A DNA stretch of 64,000 nt from Synergistales bacterium (GCA_963666205.1 OY762654.1:224001-288000), one strand, 5' to 3'; positions 52,034-63,070 are shown, numbered from the stretch's first letter. Made by a program: numbers and translations. Notes: generated from the sequence alone by a model not told the origin.

Positions 52034-53113
52034 TCATTCTGCCTGGTGAAGAATATCTATCTCCACATAGGGAGATGTGGCAAGGGCAAGCATTGCGCCG
52101 TAGTCGACGGTAAACTTAAGAATATTACCGATCTCGATAGGTCCATTACTATTTTCCACATCAAGGATAATATGATCACTTGATGCTCCAAGTATTTCAA
52201 TACTATCATCAAAAGGGTGAAGTCCGGCAATTCTGACATCCTGTTTCCCAATCGCAACTATGGCCCTCCGTCGATTGCCTCTGTCAGGGAAATCGGGGAC
52301 ATTACCAAACGCATCTGCGCCAATTTTACCAAATGGACGACTGGGTTTTGTCCGGACTTCAATTATTTCAGCCTCCAGATGCATAACATCCTGATTCAGA
52401 TATGGTAAGATCCGCATACCAGATGTATCTGTTCCAAGAAAAAAGGCTTCACCTATCCTGAGCTGGTTTATCCTCAAAGGCATTTTCTCTTCCTCTATCA
52501 AAGATAGTGAAGAAGTTGCACCACCAGAGAAAAAGGTCAGTTCCCTTTGCAGTTCTTTTTCAATGATCTTCCCCGCACTAATAAGTTCTGATAGTTTTTC
52601 TTCAGAAGGCAGAACACCACCGAAACATCCAAAATTCACTCCAATACCGATACAATCCACTCTGGAGCAGTTTTTCAGAGAATTCACCATAAGGGGAATA
52701 TCTTCTGTTAGAATACCCTCTCTCAGATCTCCAAGATCACACATTACAATGACATTGTAACGGCAATTGAGGGATCGGCAGCAGGAATCGATCAGAGAGA
52801 CCGTTTGGGGCATTGATACCAGACTACAATCTGTGTATCGGGTTAAAAGAGGGATTTCGCTGGGCATGGGAATCCGCAATAACATGAGAGAAGATTCAGG
52901 CAAAATAGTTCTCAACTGGACAAGATTCTCCAGCCTGCTATCTGCAAGCCAGGAACAGCCTTCCGAGTACAAAGCGCGGGCTATCGCTGGATGAGCACAC
53001 AGTCCTTTCGTAACTCCAGCGACCTTTATACCCCTTTCTTCGCATAGTTTGACAACCCGACTAACATTTTCTCTAAGCTTATTTTCATTTATCACAAGTC
53101 TGGGCCAACCCAT
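52034..53113 (-). CDS. Alanine/ornithine racemase family PLP enzyme (Orr-like)
   Basis: VAGVTK (PLP Lys), ADSR, GDLREG, SGG, LRIGE, GASSDH. Confidence 0.88.
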   Translation of the reverse strand: MGWPRLVINENKLRENVSRVVKLCEERGIKVAGVTKGLCAHPAIARALYSEGCSWLADSRLENLVQLRTILPESSLMLLRIPMPSEIPLLTRYTDCSLVSMPQTVSLIDSCCRSLNCRYNVIVMCDLGDLREGILTEDIPLMVNSLKNCSRVDCIGIGVNFGCFGGVLPSEEKLSELISAGKIIEKELQRELTFFSGGATSSLSLIEEEKMPLRINQLRIGEAFFLGTDTSGMRILPYLNQDVMHLEAEIIEVRTKPSRPFGKIGADAFGNVPDFPDRGNRRRAIVAIGKQDVRIAGLHPFDDSIEILGASSDHIILDVENSNGPIEIGNILKFTVDYGAMLALATSPYVEIDILHQAE

Positions 53114-53147
53114 GTTCCAATCCATCCCTTCTTTGTATCTTGCGAGT

Positions 53148-53990
53148 TTAACTCCCTCTAAGTTTTCGTAAAATGGCAAGATTTGCTGCATCACCCTGAC
53201 CTTTTTTTGGTGTTTCGAGAACACAGGGGATATGATTCCATATATCATCATTAAGTATCATTTCGAAAATACCGAGACCTATCTGCCCCTCTCCAAGATT
53301 TTCATGTCGGTCAACCCTGCTTCCTTTCTCTCTCTTACTATCGTTTAAGTGCCAACAGGCTATGCGGTAATATCCAAAATCTCTATCCAGAAGTTTCATG
53401 AATCGATCATATGATTCCTTTGTTCTAAGTTCATAACCTGCAGCAAAAAGATGGGCAGTGTCAAGGCATATTTTCAATCTTTCATCCCAGTCGAGACAGG
53501 ACATTATGTATCCGAGATGTTCAAGTCTGAAACCAAGTGAGTTCCCCTGACCAGCCATAGTTTCCAGGGCAATAAAGACGTCGGTTTCTTCAGTCTGTTC
53601 CAGGACTCTTGCAAGACTCACAGCAACCCGCTGTAGTCCTTCATCAAGGCTGCAGTCAGTATGAGAACCAGGATGAATTACCAATGTAGAGATCCCCAGG
53701 TTCTGACATCTGTATATTTCATCGATCAGAGCCCTGGTACTTTTTGCATTCAATGGAGCGGATGCTGCAAGATTTATGAGATATGATGCATGTACCAGAA
53801 CTTCAACTATGCTGCTTTCAGCCCACGCCCTCATAAAAGATGATATCTGTCCAACAGTAGGGGGAGAACTCCTCCACTGAAGCTGATTCTTGGAAAAAAA
53901 CTGGATAGCTTCACACTGGAGCTGCTCACCTCTGTAGATCGCCTTGTCAAACCCGCCTGCGATCGAAATATGGGTCCCGATAAGACCCAT
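53148..53990 (-). CDS. nfo: Endonuclease IV
   Basis: GTHISIAGG, HASYLINL, HPGS, LETMAGQG, DTAH, HLNDSK, DRHE, LETP. Confidence 0.96.
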   Translation of the reverse strand: MGLIGTHISIAGGFDKAIYRGEQLQCEAIQFFSKNQLQWRSSPPTVGQISSFMRAWAESSIVEVLVHASYLINLAASAPLNAKSTRALIDEIYRCQNLGISTLVIHPGSHTDCSLDEGLQRVAVSLARVLEQTEETDVFIALETMAGQGNSLGFRLEHLGYIMSCLDWDERLKICLDTAHLFAAGYELRTKESYDRFMKLLDRDFGYYRIACWHLNDSKREKGSRVDRHENLGEGQIGLGIFEMILNDDIWNHIPCVLETPKKGQGDAANLAILRKLRGS

Positions 53991-54583
53991 CAGGAAAACT
54001 CTTTCAGCACAGCAAGATCTTGGATCAGGGAATGAAAGATTCTGCCTGTTACACCCCATATGCTCTTTCCTGTCGTCAGGGGAAATTCCATATAAGTATG
54101 GATCCGGCCATCGTGAGAAAACTTTTTTTCCACAGGTTCGTATGGAAGATTGAAAGGATCAAGAAAAAAATAATCCTGCACTTCATTAGGGTCCGGATCA
54201 AGACATAACTGGTCTCGATGAATATCTACCAGACCAACAACAGGATAGACGAGGAAACCGGAAGTTATAGCTCTCTCCGGGTTCATGAGATAGAGGGGTT
54301 CAATTATTTTCGAAGGTAACCCCATCTCTTCATGGGTCTCTCTAAGAGAGGTAACCAGTGGGCCTGTATCACCAGGTTCCATTACGCCTCCCGGGAAGGC
54401 TATCTGACCAGCGTGTCTTTTCAGAAAAGAAGGACGCTCAATAAACATGACCTTTATGCCTGAATTATCTGCGATCAAAGGGACAAGAACCGCACTCAAT
54501 GATGTTCTTCCCACCTTAGCACATGAATCCCAGCTTGGAAATGAGGTTTTCCCATATAAAGAGTTCCGGATCTTCTCTACCAT
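53990..54583 (-). CDS. CoA pyrophosphatase (Nudix, NudL-like)
   Basis: SAVLVPL, HAGQIAFPGG..SLRETHEEMG, EV, IWGVT. Confidence 0.9.
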   Translation of the reverse strand: MVEKIRNSLYGKTSFPSWDSCAKVGRTSLSAVLVPLIADNSGIKVMFIERPSFLKRHAGQIAFPGGVMEPGDTGPLVTSLRETHEEMGLPSKIIEPLYLMNPERAITSGFLVYPVVGLVDIHRDQLCLDPDPNEVQDYFFLDPFNLPYEPVEKKFSHDGRIHTYMEFPLTTGKSIWGVTGRIFHSLIQDLAVLKEFS

Positions 54584-54643
54584 TCCTACTTGTAACATTA
54601 CACAAGTTGCCCCTGGTTATGACAAAAGATCCCCTTATAACTG

Positions 54644-56398
54644 TCAAGCGTGGAGTTTAACCTGTCCCTGATATACAAGACCTCTACCTCCATCCAGTGT
54701 TACAAGAGTATCATCCTCAAGAAGTGACATAGCATTCTTTGCACCAAGAATACACGGGATACCAAGTTCTAAAGCCAGGATTGCAGGATGACTTGTTAAC
54801 CCCGTCTGCTCTGTAATTATCCCTCCAGCCTTTTCCACAGCTGGAACATAGTTCTTGTCAGTACCAATTACTACAAGAATATCGCCCTTACGGATCTTAC
54901 TAATTGCTTCCTGGGCACTTTCAGCACGACAGATACGGCCGAACGCTTCTTTACGGAGATAAGGGAGACCTCGGATTATTATTCGGCCTGCAGTCAGGAG
55001 ATGCATCATGTTTGTTGTTCCAGGGATTCCCATTGGAATTCCTGCGGTTACAACCAGCAGATCACCCTCCTCAATATACCCCTTACGAAGAGAAGAGAAA
55101 ATAGCGTAATCGATAGCTTCATTTTCATTGTCAGGCTGTTTTTCCATGACAGGAACAACTCCCCAGTTCAGGGACAGTTCCCTCCAGATCTTCTGAGATG
55201 GAGTTGATCCTATTATCCGGCAGGGCGGCCTGTATTTACTTACCATTCTGGCAGTACTTCCACTCCTTGTGAGAGACAGTATGGCTCCGACCTTCATAAG
55301 CTTTGCAACTGATACAGCAGCATGACTTACAGCGTCAGGGATACTTGACTGTATGGCAGCGGATACTTCCCCAAGATCCGGCAAAGACAATATTTCTTCT
55401 GCCTTCTGAATAATGCGGCTCATGACCTTGACCGATTCCAGCGGGAAGGCTCCCTTGGCAGTTTCCCCCGAAAGCATTACAGCGTCTGTCCCATCCAGAA
55501 CGGCATTGGCCACATCACTAGCTTCAGCTCTTGTGGGGCGAGGATTCCTGATCATGGAATCAAGCATCTGGGTTGCGACAATAACGGATCTTCCGCTGTT
55601 TCTTGCAAGATTGATAAGTCTTTTCTGAACCAAAGGAACTTCCTCCGTTGGAATTTCAACTCCCAGATCACCCCTGGCGATCATTATCCCATCAACCACT
55701 TCAAGGATCTCTGCAATATTAGTGACAGCCTGCCGGGTTTCGATTTTGGCAATTATTTTCATCTGGCCATTGTTATTTTCGATCAGTTTTCTTACTTCAA
55801 GGATATCATTTCTATTTTTGACGAATGAAACTGCTACAAAATCCATATCATGCTCAATACCCCAGTGAATATCATCAATATCACTGGATGCAAGGGCTGG
55901 AATAGTGATATCTGCCCCAGGAACGTTAATACCTTTGGTATCTCCAAGGATACCTCCAACTAAGACATCACATATCATTCGATCAGACATTATTGTTTTT
56001 ACCCTGAGATGTATCACTCCATCATCTATGAAAATATCCTGACCTGGTCGAACCTCACTTACAAGGGATGGATATCCAACGAAAACACCATTTTCAGTAC
56101 CCAGAACTTCATCTCCAAGAAAAAGGGTGAAATCCTCTCCTTGTTCGAGAATCACTTCACCACCTGTGACTTTTCCTGTCCTGATCTCGGGACCCTTCGT
56201 ATCCAGTATGGTTCCTATTGGTTTATCAAGAAATGTCTCGACTTTTCTTACATGGTCAAGATTTTGAAGATGTCCATAGTAATCACCATGGCTGAAGTTG
56301 AATCTTGCAACTGACATACCCTCTTCAGCCATTGAAAGAATGGTTTCATAGTCTGAGCAGGATGGTCCAAGAGTACATACGATCTTTACCTTGTTCAT
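54644..56398 (-). CDS. pyk: Pyruvate kinase with C-terminal PEP-utilising swivel domain
   Basis: KIVCTLGP, RFNFSHG, DTKGPEIR, KIE, ARGDLGVE, ATQMLDSM, MLSGETA; extra domain with GLTSHPAI. Confidence 0.97.
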   Translation of the reverse strand: MNKVKIVCTLGPSCSDYETILSMAEEGMSVARFNFSHGDYYGHLQNLDHVRKVETFLDKPIGTILDTKGPEIRTGKVTGGEVILEQGEDFTLFLGDEVLGTENGVFVGYPSLVSEVRPGQDIFIDDGVIHLRVKTIMSDRMICDVLVGGILGDTKGINVPGADITIPALASSDIDDIHWGIEHDMDFVAVSFVKNRNDILEVRKLIENNNGQMKIIAKIETRQAVTNIAEILEVVDGIMIARGDLGVEIPTEEVPLVQKRLINLARNSGRSVIVATQMLDSMIRNPRPTRAEASDVANAVLDGTDAVMLSGETAKGAFPLESVKVMSRIIQKAEEILSLPDLGEVSAAIQSSIPDAVSHAAVSVAKLMKVGAILSLTRSGSTARMVSKYRPPCRIIGSTPSQKIWRELSLNWGVVPVMEKQPDNENEAIDYAIFSSLRKGYIEEGDLLVVTAGIPMGIPGTTNMMHLLTAGRIIIRGLPYLRKEAFGRICRAESAQEAISKIRKGDILVVIGTDKNYVPAVEKAGGIITEQTGLTSHPAILALELGIPCILGAKNAMSLLEDDTLVTLDGGRGLVYQGQVKLHA

Positions 56399-56438
56399 CT
56401 CTCAATTTCCTCCATATTTTTAATGAAAAGATTGTTAC

Positions 56439-59400
56439 TCAGCAAAGCACCTTTGCAATATCTCCCGGAAAGTATTTCTTCAGAAGATCTTCAAGGGGAG
56501 CTGCTATATCAACTTTAATACCATTAAGGCTTAACATGGCAAGATTATCATTATCCTTGATCTCCAGGATAACCTGTGACCGGCCAGGATATCCCTTAAG
56601 ATCCCTGAGAAACTGCCGGAACCTTACGGGATCAGGCCTGAGAGGAGGAAGAGCCAACCGGACCATTGCCGGTGTCTGATTGACATAGTTTTCAAAAGTA
56701 AATGCTTCCTTGGCGATAATAGAACGTCCATCATCCTCTTTAATGGTCCCTTTGACAATGAGTACTTCGCCTATCTTTAACACAGGCTTGAGTTTGTTCC
56801 AGACCCTGGGAAAACAGACGACCTCTGCTTTGGAATCCGAATCCTCCAGCTCCAGTATACCCATTGTATCGCCCTTTTTAGTATATTTTTCCTGGAACGC
56901 GATAATAATACCTCCAATTGAAGGTGTCATCCTATCACTTTTCCAGCAGGGAAGGTCGCTGATCCTGCATGTAGTGTATCTTACGACTTCCCTATCATAT
57001 TGATCAAAGGGGTGACCAGATATGTATAAACCGGTAGCCTCTTTCTCCATATCCAGGATCCTGTAAAGGTCAAAGTTTTCAACCTCTGGTAATTCAGGTT
57101 TTTCTTCATTCTCTTCCTCACCCAGAAGAGACAGGATGGAACACTGGTTTTTGTCTGAACATCTCCTCTGAACTATGTCAATCATTCCAGGTAAGGCCTC
57201 CAGAAGTTGATGCCTATTTTCATTTATACTCGCAAATGCACCCGCCTTGACAAGATTTTCAATTATTGCCTTATTAACAGTCCTCAGATCGACTGCATTA
57301 AGGAATTCCCAAAGCGATGAGAATTTACCGACCTCATCCCTGGCGACGATTATCGATTGAATAGCAGCATGTCCAACCTTGGCTACAGCCCCGAGACCGA
57401 AACGGATAACCTTTCCAACAACAGTAAAAGACTCCCTTGATTCATTTACATCGGGTTGTAACACTTTCATTCCAGAATTTCTAACTTCCCTTACATATGC
57501 AGCCATAACATCCTTTTTGGATCCTATCTGGCTAGTCAGGTATGCGGCCATAAACTCTGTAGGGAAATTAGCTTTAAGAAATGCCGTCTGGTAACTTATC
57601 ATTGCGTAGGCTGCACTGTGGGATTTGTTGAATCCATATCCTGCAAATTCCTGGATAATATCAAAGATTTCCTCAGCTTTTTTCTTATCCACCTGATTTC
57701 TCATGCTGCCTTCAACAAACTTTGCTCTCTGCTTCTCCATAACCTCTACTTTTTTTTTGCCCATGGCTCTTCTCAGAAGATCGGCCTCACCGAGAGTATA
57801 ACCTGCAAGCGTTGCAGCACATTGCATTACCTGTTCCTGATACAGTATAACCCCGTGGGTTTCTTTAAGTATCTTTGCAAGACTGGGATGGAGATATTCA
57901 ACTTCCTGACGGCCATGTTTACGCTCAATATACTGATCCACCATGCCACTTCCAAGTGGGCCAGGCCTGTACAAGGCAAGAACAGCTACCAGATCATCAA
58001 AACTATCAGGAACTATCTTTTTCAGAAGTTGACGCATGCCCGATGATTCAAGTTGGAAAACACCAAGCGTATCTCCCCTTTGAAGCATCTGGAAGGTTTT
58101 CTGATCATTAAGGGGTATCCTGTTAAGATCAGGTACATCACTGCCAGTGGATTTTATGTTGCTTAACGCTTCCTCCAGAACTGACAGAGTTCTCAGTCCC
58201 AGAAAGTCCATTTTCACCAGACCAAGCTTTTCTACAGGCTCCATTGGATACTGAGTAACAATTTGATCTTCACCGATCTTTCTTACAGGAACAATCTCTG
58301 TAAGTGATATGGGAGTTATTACAACTCCTGCAGCATGCTGGGAACAATGTCGCGCAATACCCTCAATTCGTGAAGCTGTTTCAAGTAATTTATGAACTGA
58401 CATATCATTTTTATAGAGTTCAGCAAGATCCTTGCTCTCTTCAAGGGCCTGGGGAATTGTCTTGACCATGGGAGGGATAAGCTTGGCTACCCTGTCTACA
58501 TCTGGATAAGGCATGGCCAAGGCTCTTCCTACATCCCTGATAGCTCCTTTACTTTTCATTCGGTCAAAGGTGATGATCTGGGAAACCTTATCTGTTCCAT
58601 ACTTCTGGACAATATACCTTATAAGTTCATCTCTTCCTTTATCTGAGACGTCTGTGTCGATATCAGGCATACTGATTCTTTCCGGATTGAGAAATCTTTC
58701 AAAGATAAGTCCATATTTCAAGGGATCAAGTTCGGTAATATGCATACTCCATGCTACAAGAGATCCAGCAGCGGATCCCCTTCCGGGCCCAATTGGAATG
58801 CTTTTGTCTTTGGCCGCCCTGATAATACTGGAAACAATGATGAAATAACCGGCAAATCCCATGGAATTAATTACCGATATCTCATAATTAAGTCTTTGGG
58901 AATATTCTTCCGGAACATCATGTGTATCAAGTCTCTCCTCAAGACCCTGCCAGGCTAACCTTTCAAGATTGGATTCAATGGTTTCACCCTCGGGAAGGTC
59001 TATCTGTGGAAGTTGATATTCTCCTGCTCCAAGTTTGAAAACAGTATTACACCTTTCAGCTATGGAAACCGTATTCTGAAGCGCATCTGGGAGTTCGGAA
59101 CCAAATAGTGCCCACATTTCCTCAGGTGATCTGAGATAGAAATCATTTGAACCAAAGGACATTCTCTTCTCATCTCTGATTGTAGAGTTGGTCTGTACGC
59201 AGAGGAGTATCTCGTGCCAATCAAAATCTGTTTTATCAAGATAATGGGCATCGTTGGTTGCAATTAGAGGGAAATCATGGGTTCGTGCCATTCTGACAAG
59301 ACTTTTGTTAACTAGAGCCTGTTCAGGTATGGCATTATACATAACTTCGAGAAAGAAGTTGTTCCTACCTAAGATATCCCTGTAAAGGGAAGCCCTTTCA

Positions 59401-59864
59401 AGAGCACCACCCTCATCACCATTCATTATCATGGAAGGGATCTCTCCTGCAAGACAGGCGCTTGATCCTATAAGCCCTTCATGATATCGAGAAAGAAGAT
59501 CATGGTCTATTCTGGGTTTGTAGTAAAAACCATTGGTATTGGCTTCAGAAACAAGTTTTATAAGATTGTGAAGACCTTTCTGGTTTTCTGCTAACAATAG
59601 TAAATGATAGTTCTTTGACTTCTTTTCCTTGTATGTATAACCCTCCGGCTGCACATATACTTCGCAACCAATTATAGGTTTCACTCCTGAAGCCAAGCAG
59701 TTTTCATAGAATTCAACAGCTCCGTACATGGCTCCATGATCAGTCATTGCAACAGCTGGCATTCCATAATTCTTGACTTTGGAAGCAAGGTCACTGCATC
59801 TTATAGAACCATCCAGAAGGCTGTATTCAGTATGGACATGGAGATGGACAAAGGGATGGACCAT
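56439..59864 (-). CDS. dnaE: DNA polymerase III alpha subunit
   Basis: HLHVHTEYSLLDG PHP domain, GRGSAAGS, SMPDIDTD, KMDFLGL, YGFNKSHS; no intein-sized insertion. Confidence 0.98.
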   Translation of the reverse strand: MVHPFVHLHVHTEYSLLDGSIRCSDLASKVKNYGMPAVAMTDHGAMYGAVEFYENCLASGVKPIIGCEVYVQPEGYTYKEKKSKNYHLLLLAENQKGLHNLIKLVSEANTNGFYYKPRIDHDLLSRYHEGLIGSSACLAGEIPSMIMNGDEGGALERASLYRDILGRNNFFLEVMYNAIPEQALVNKSLVRMARTHDFPLIATNDAHYLDKTDFDWHEILLCVQTNSTIRDEKRMSFGSNDFYLRSPEEMWALFGSELPDALQNTVSIAERCNTVFKLGAGEYQLPQIDLPEGETIESNLERLAWQGLEERLDTHDVPEEYSQRLNYEISVINSMGFAGYFIIVSSIIRAAKDKSIPIGPGRGSAAGSLVAWSMHITELDPLKYGLIFERFLNPERISMPDIDTDVSDKGRDELIRYIVQKYGTDKVSQIITFDRMKSKGAIRDVGRALAMPYPDVDRVAKLIPPMVKTIPQALEESKDLAELYKNDMSVHKLLETASRIEGIARHCSQHAAGVVITPISLTEIVPVRKIGEDQIVTQYPMEPVEKLGLVKMDFLGLRTLSVLEEALSNIKSTGSDVPDLNRIPLNDQKTFQMLQRGDTLGVFQLESSGMRQLLKKIVPDSFDDLVAVLALYRPGPLGSGMVDQYIERKHGRQEVEYLHPSLAKILKETHGVILYQEQVMQCAATLAGYTLGEADLLRRAMGKKKVEVMEKQRAKFVEGSMRNQVDKKKAEEIFDIIQEFAGYGFNKSHSAAYAMISYQTAFLKANFPTEFMAAYLTSQIGSKKDVMAAYVREVRNSGMKVLQPDVNESRESFTVVGKVIRFGLGAVAKVGHAAIQSIIVARDEVGKFSSLWEFLNAVDLRTVNKAIIENLVKAGAFASINENRHQLLEALPGMIDIVQRRCSDKNQCSILSLLGEEENEEKPELPEVENFDLYRILDMEKEATGLYISGHPFDQYDREVVRYTTCRISDLPCWKSDRMTPSIGGIIIAFQEKYTKKGDTMGILELEDSDSKAEVVCFPRVWNKLKPVLKIGEVLIVKGTIKEDDGRSIIAKEAFTFENYVNQTPAMVRLALPPLRPDPVRFRQFLRDLKGYPGRSQVILEIKDNDNLAMLSLNGIKVDIAAPLEDLLKKYFPGDIAKVLC

Positions 59865-61798
59865 TATTCAACCTCTTCCTCATAAGATTCCAGATTCTCA
59901 TTTTTGAGCAGGATAAGTTCTCCATTGGTGCAGTTGAGGATTTCCTGAACTGCATCTTTAAAGGTATCACCTGCAATAGTATTATCCAGTTGCCTGTTTG
60001 CCGAGTATTTATTGTGAACCAACATTTCTGTATCGCTAACTTCCATATCTACGGTACCTTGTTTTACAGGACTTTCGGAAGACGGGAAGAGACTTGCCTG
60101 TTCAATACCACCAGCCTCAGGGGTATCATAAATGCGTTCTTCCATTTGTCTTTCTGTTGCAGAAAAACGTTTTTCATCCTTTCCGCAACGTAAAACTATG
60201 ATATCGAATTTCCCATCTATGACCTCTGAACATGCATCAAGGAGGGTGTATGCATTTCTGTCAAGACACAGAAGTTTGAACGCAGCAGTCGCACTATCCT
60301 GGAAATCTACCACCAGGGCGGGACCTTCAATTATTATCCGTGCTGACAGAAGAGCAGAAAAAACAGCAATAGAATCGTCCTTCAGGATCTTAAGGATCTG
60401 TTTCCACTCCGTTTCTTCTATATCAGATAACTTCTGTCCCATTATGGAGGTTTTTGAAGTATTTGTAAGAACCTGTGTTTTCATCGGAGAATCTTTTGTT
60501 TTATTCTCATCGTTGTTAGTAGATTCTGATTCGTTTTTCGGATTTCCTTCAGATCTGGATTGGGTCAGAACGTTTTCCATTTTTTCCTCAGAAGATTGTT
60601 CTGCAGATCCATATGATGTTGTTTCCGCATTTAAATGACTTGCAGGAAAGGGGGACAGTTCTTTATCTCCATGCAAAGACTGAGCCCGCATGGATCCTTG
60701 AGAAATATCTAACGACATGGTCAGCACATTTTTGAAAATGAGACCTGAAAGCACATCCGTTCTCATTCCTGCCCGAACCCTTGGAAGTATATCCACGCAG
60801 AAATCCATTATAGAAACAAGGTTTAACCTGTTCCATAAAGGAGCCTCGTCCCTTAAGAATCGTTTTTCACCATTTGAAAGATTGAGATCTTCAATATATT
60901 TGGATCCCCAATTGCTGGTTATCCACAGGTTTTTCGAGAGAATGAACAACCCTTCTATTATCTTTACGGATGAAGCTCCACGGGAAAAGAGTTCTGTAAT
61001 GAAAAGATAAGCAGAAGAGATATCTTCTCTGAATAACCGGAAAAGTTTTTCCAGTTCAGAATAACTGGCTCCTCCCAAAAGTCTGGTAACATTCTCGAGG
61101 GTAACAGATCTGTTATCAAGGGTTATGGTCTGTTCCATAAATGACAGAGCATCTCTAAGGGCGCCATCAGCCTGTCTGGATATCTCCCAGAGAGCTTCTT
61201 CTTCCCAATCCAGCCCCTCTGAAGACGCAATCGATGCAAGTCTGGTCAGAATTTCTCCTTCTGATATCCGATGAAAGGGGATGTGTTGACAGCGAGATCT
61301 TATGGTTACCGGAACTTTATACGGTTCCGTTGTCGCAAGGATGAATATGACATTTTGAGGCGGTTCTTCGAGAGTCTTCAGAAGTGCATTAAATGCAGCT
61401 ATGGACAACATATGAACTTCGTCAATGATATAGACCTTATATTTTGCAGAGAATGGAGATAGTGCGACATGACTTTTCAATTCCCTGACTTCATCCACAC
61501 CATTGTTGGATGCTCCATCTATTTCTATGATATCCAGGTTGTCACCATTAGTTATGGAAATGCAACTGTCACAAAGATTACATGGTTCAGAATCTGGCTG
61601 GATTGAAGTGCAGTTAACAGCCTTGGCTATCAACCTCGCCACAGATGTCTTTCCACAACCTCTTGGTCCAGAAAACAGATAGGCATGACCTATATTGTCA
61701 TTCAAAACCGCTTTCTGGATAATGGATATAGCCGATCTCTGACCTGCAACGTCACAGAAACGTTGCGGCCTGTAACGTCGATATAAAGCAAGATACAT
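59864..61798 (-). CDS. dnaX: DNA polymerase III subunit gamma/tau
   Basis: LYRRYRPQ, GPRGCGKTS, zinc motif, EIDGAS, DEVHML, LLKTLEEPP, SRC, GALRDALS. Confidence 0.96.
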   Translation of the reverse strand: MYLALYRRYRPQRFCDVAGQRSAISIIQKAVLNDNIGHAYLFSGPRGCGKTSVARLIAKAVNCTSIQPDSEPCNLCDSCISITNGDNLDIIEIDGASNNGVDEVRELKSHVALSPFSAKYKVYIIDEVHMLSIAAFNALLKTLEEPPQNVIFILATTEPYKVPVTIRSRCQHIPFHRISEGEILTRLASIASSEGLDWEEEALWEISRQADGALRDALSFMEQTITLDNRSVTLENVTRLLGGASYSELEKLFRLFREDISSAYLFITELFSRGASSVKIIEGLFILSKNLWITSNWGSKYIEDLNLSNGEKRFLRDEAPLWNRLNLVSIMDFCVDILPRVRAGMRTDVLSGLIFKNVLTMSLDISQGSMRAQSLHGDKELSPFPASHLNAETTSYGSAEQSSEEKMENVLTQSRSEGNPKNESESTNNDENKTKDSPMKTQVLTNTSKTSIMGQKLSDIEETEWKQILKILKDDSIAVFSALLSARIIIEGPALVVDFQDSATAAFKLLCLDRNAYTLLDACSEVIDGKFDIIVLRCGKDEKRFSATERQMEERIYDTPEAGGIEQASLFPSSESPVKQGTVDMEVSDTEMLVHNKYSANRQLDNTIAGDTFKDAVQEILNCTNGELILLKNENLESYEEEVE

Positions 61799-61883
61799 GG
61801 TCAGTGGCCTCCTTTGATATTCTTGCATTCAATAATAAGCATTTGACAAACCGGGTTAAGAACACTCAAAGAGCTTTTATTGA

Positions 61884-62969
61884 TCATTTCATAAGATCAA
61901 TTGTCGGATGAATGCTTTGTGCATTCTGAAGGGCTATGATAAGCCTATCTCTTATTCTATTCAGATCTGCCACATCATTTCCATTAGATTCAGTCAACAC
62001 GATTGAATTTCCCACTCTAAGAGCCTTTTGGAACTCCGAGATCTTTATAACCTGAATATCGTACGGAGCCATTTCAAGTTGAAGATCCTTTTCCAGTTTC
62101 AATGACATCTCGTTGAAACTGGATTTAGATTTCGTATCAGCTGATCCTCTAAGGATCTCTGTTGAATCAACAAAAAGGGAAGTATGGTCCTTGTCAGATA
62201 TGATCCTGGATCTAAGGACATTAAGAGGCCACTTTCGTTCCAATGGCCAACCCTGTTGCCTTATGTGATCTATCTGATAGGAGATTCGTTCCGATATCTC
62301 AGGATGATCAAGATAGATCCCCGGGTCAATGTATGGATGTTTAAGTTCTTCTTCTAAAAGACCCTCCATAACAGTAATCATAGAGGAAGGGTGAAAACCT
62401 GTAGCAGCAAGAAGATCTAGACCTTCAATATCAGCTTCTTTTTCAAGGTCTCTCGAAAAATAGTTTGCCATGGTTATCTGGGCAATATTTGCCAGAACGA
62501 TGGGCAGGGTCTGCCCTTTTGACGCAACCATTACTGCGAGAGCAACCAGTGATATTTTTTGATTTCTTGCCAGTTGTATCATCACATGCTTCCTATCTGC
62601 ATGGATAAGTTCATGAGCCAGGATAGCCGCTATCTCGGAGTCACTGTGTGTAAAGTCCATCATTCCTGTAGTAATGAATATGATTCCACCAGGAAGTGAA
62701 AAGGCATTCGGAGAATCTTCCCTGATCAGACGTATCTCATAGGGAAGATCTCTCTTAAGGAAGGGTATAAGCCTCCGCAGTATTATGTTCAGTCTTGTAA
62801 TCTTTACAGGATCAGTAATTCTATCCCATCGCTGCTCTACGTGTGTCGCAACCTTTTTGCCAAGCTCGATTTCTTCGAAATCAGTGAGTGTATCTTTTGA
62901 AAATGCAGAATCGATATGACAAACCAGAAAGCAAAACACCCAAAGAAGCATAACCAGTTTTTTTAACAT
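61884..62969 (-). CDS. M48-family zinc metallopeptidase, exported
   Basis: Signal peptide, NAFSLPGG, HELIH, SRDLEKEAD, DHP..ER. Confidence 0.9.
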   Translation of the reverse strand: MLKKLVMLLWVFCFLVCHIDSAFSKDTLTDFEEIELGKKVATHVEQRWDRITDPVKITRLNIILRRLIPFLKRDLPYEIRLIREDSPNAFSLPGGIIFITTGMMDFTHSDSEIAAILAHELIHADRKHVMIQLARNQKISLVALAVMVASKGQTLPIVLANIAQITMANYFSRDLEKEADIEGLDLLAATGFHPSSMITVMEGLLEEELKHPYIDPGIYLDHPEISERISYQIDHIRQQGWPLERKWPLNVLRSRIISDKDHTSLFVDSTEILRGSADTKSKSSFNEMSLKLEKDLQLEMAPYDIQVIKISEFQKALRVGNSIVLTESNGNDVADLNRIRDRLIIALQNAQSIHPTIDLMK

Positions 62970-63070
62970 AGGTTTCTCTTTTCTGTCCCATCCGGACGAT
63001 CAGGCAGACCCAGAGAGAACACTTTGCTTGTAACATTTATTATAGATAAAGATTATGGGATCATACATAC

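Noticed and set aside
57749..57758. A9 homopolymer in dnaE as a phase-variation or slippage site
   Set aside because: Encodes the conserved MGKKK motif in frame in an essential gene
59864..61798. Programmed frameshift producing DnaX gamma
   Set aside because: No A-AAA-AAG heptamer with hairpin or A9 run was spotted in the linker region by eye
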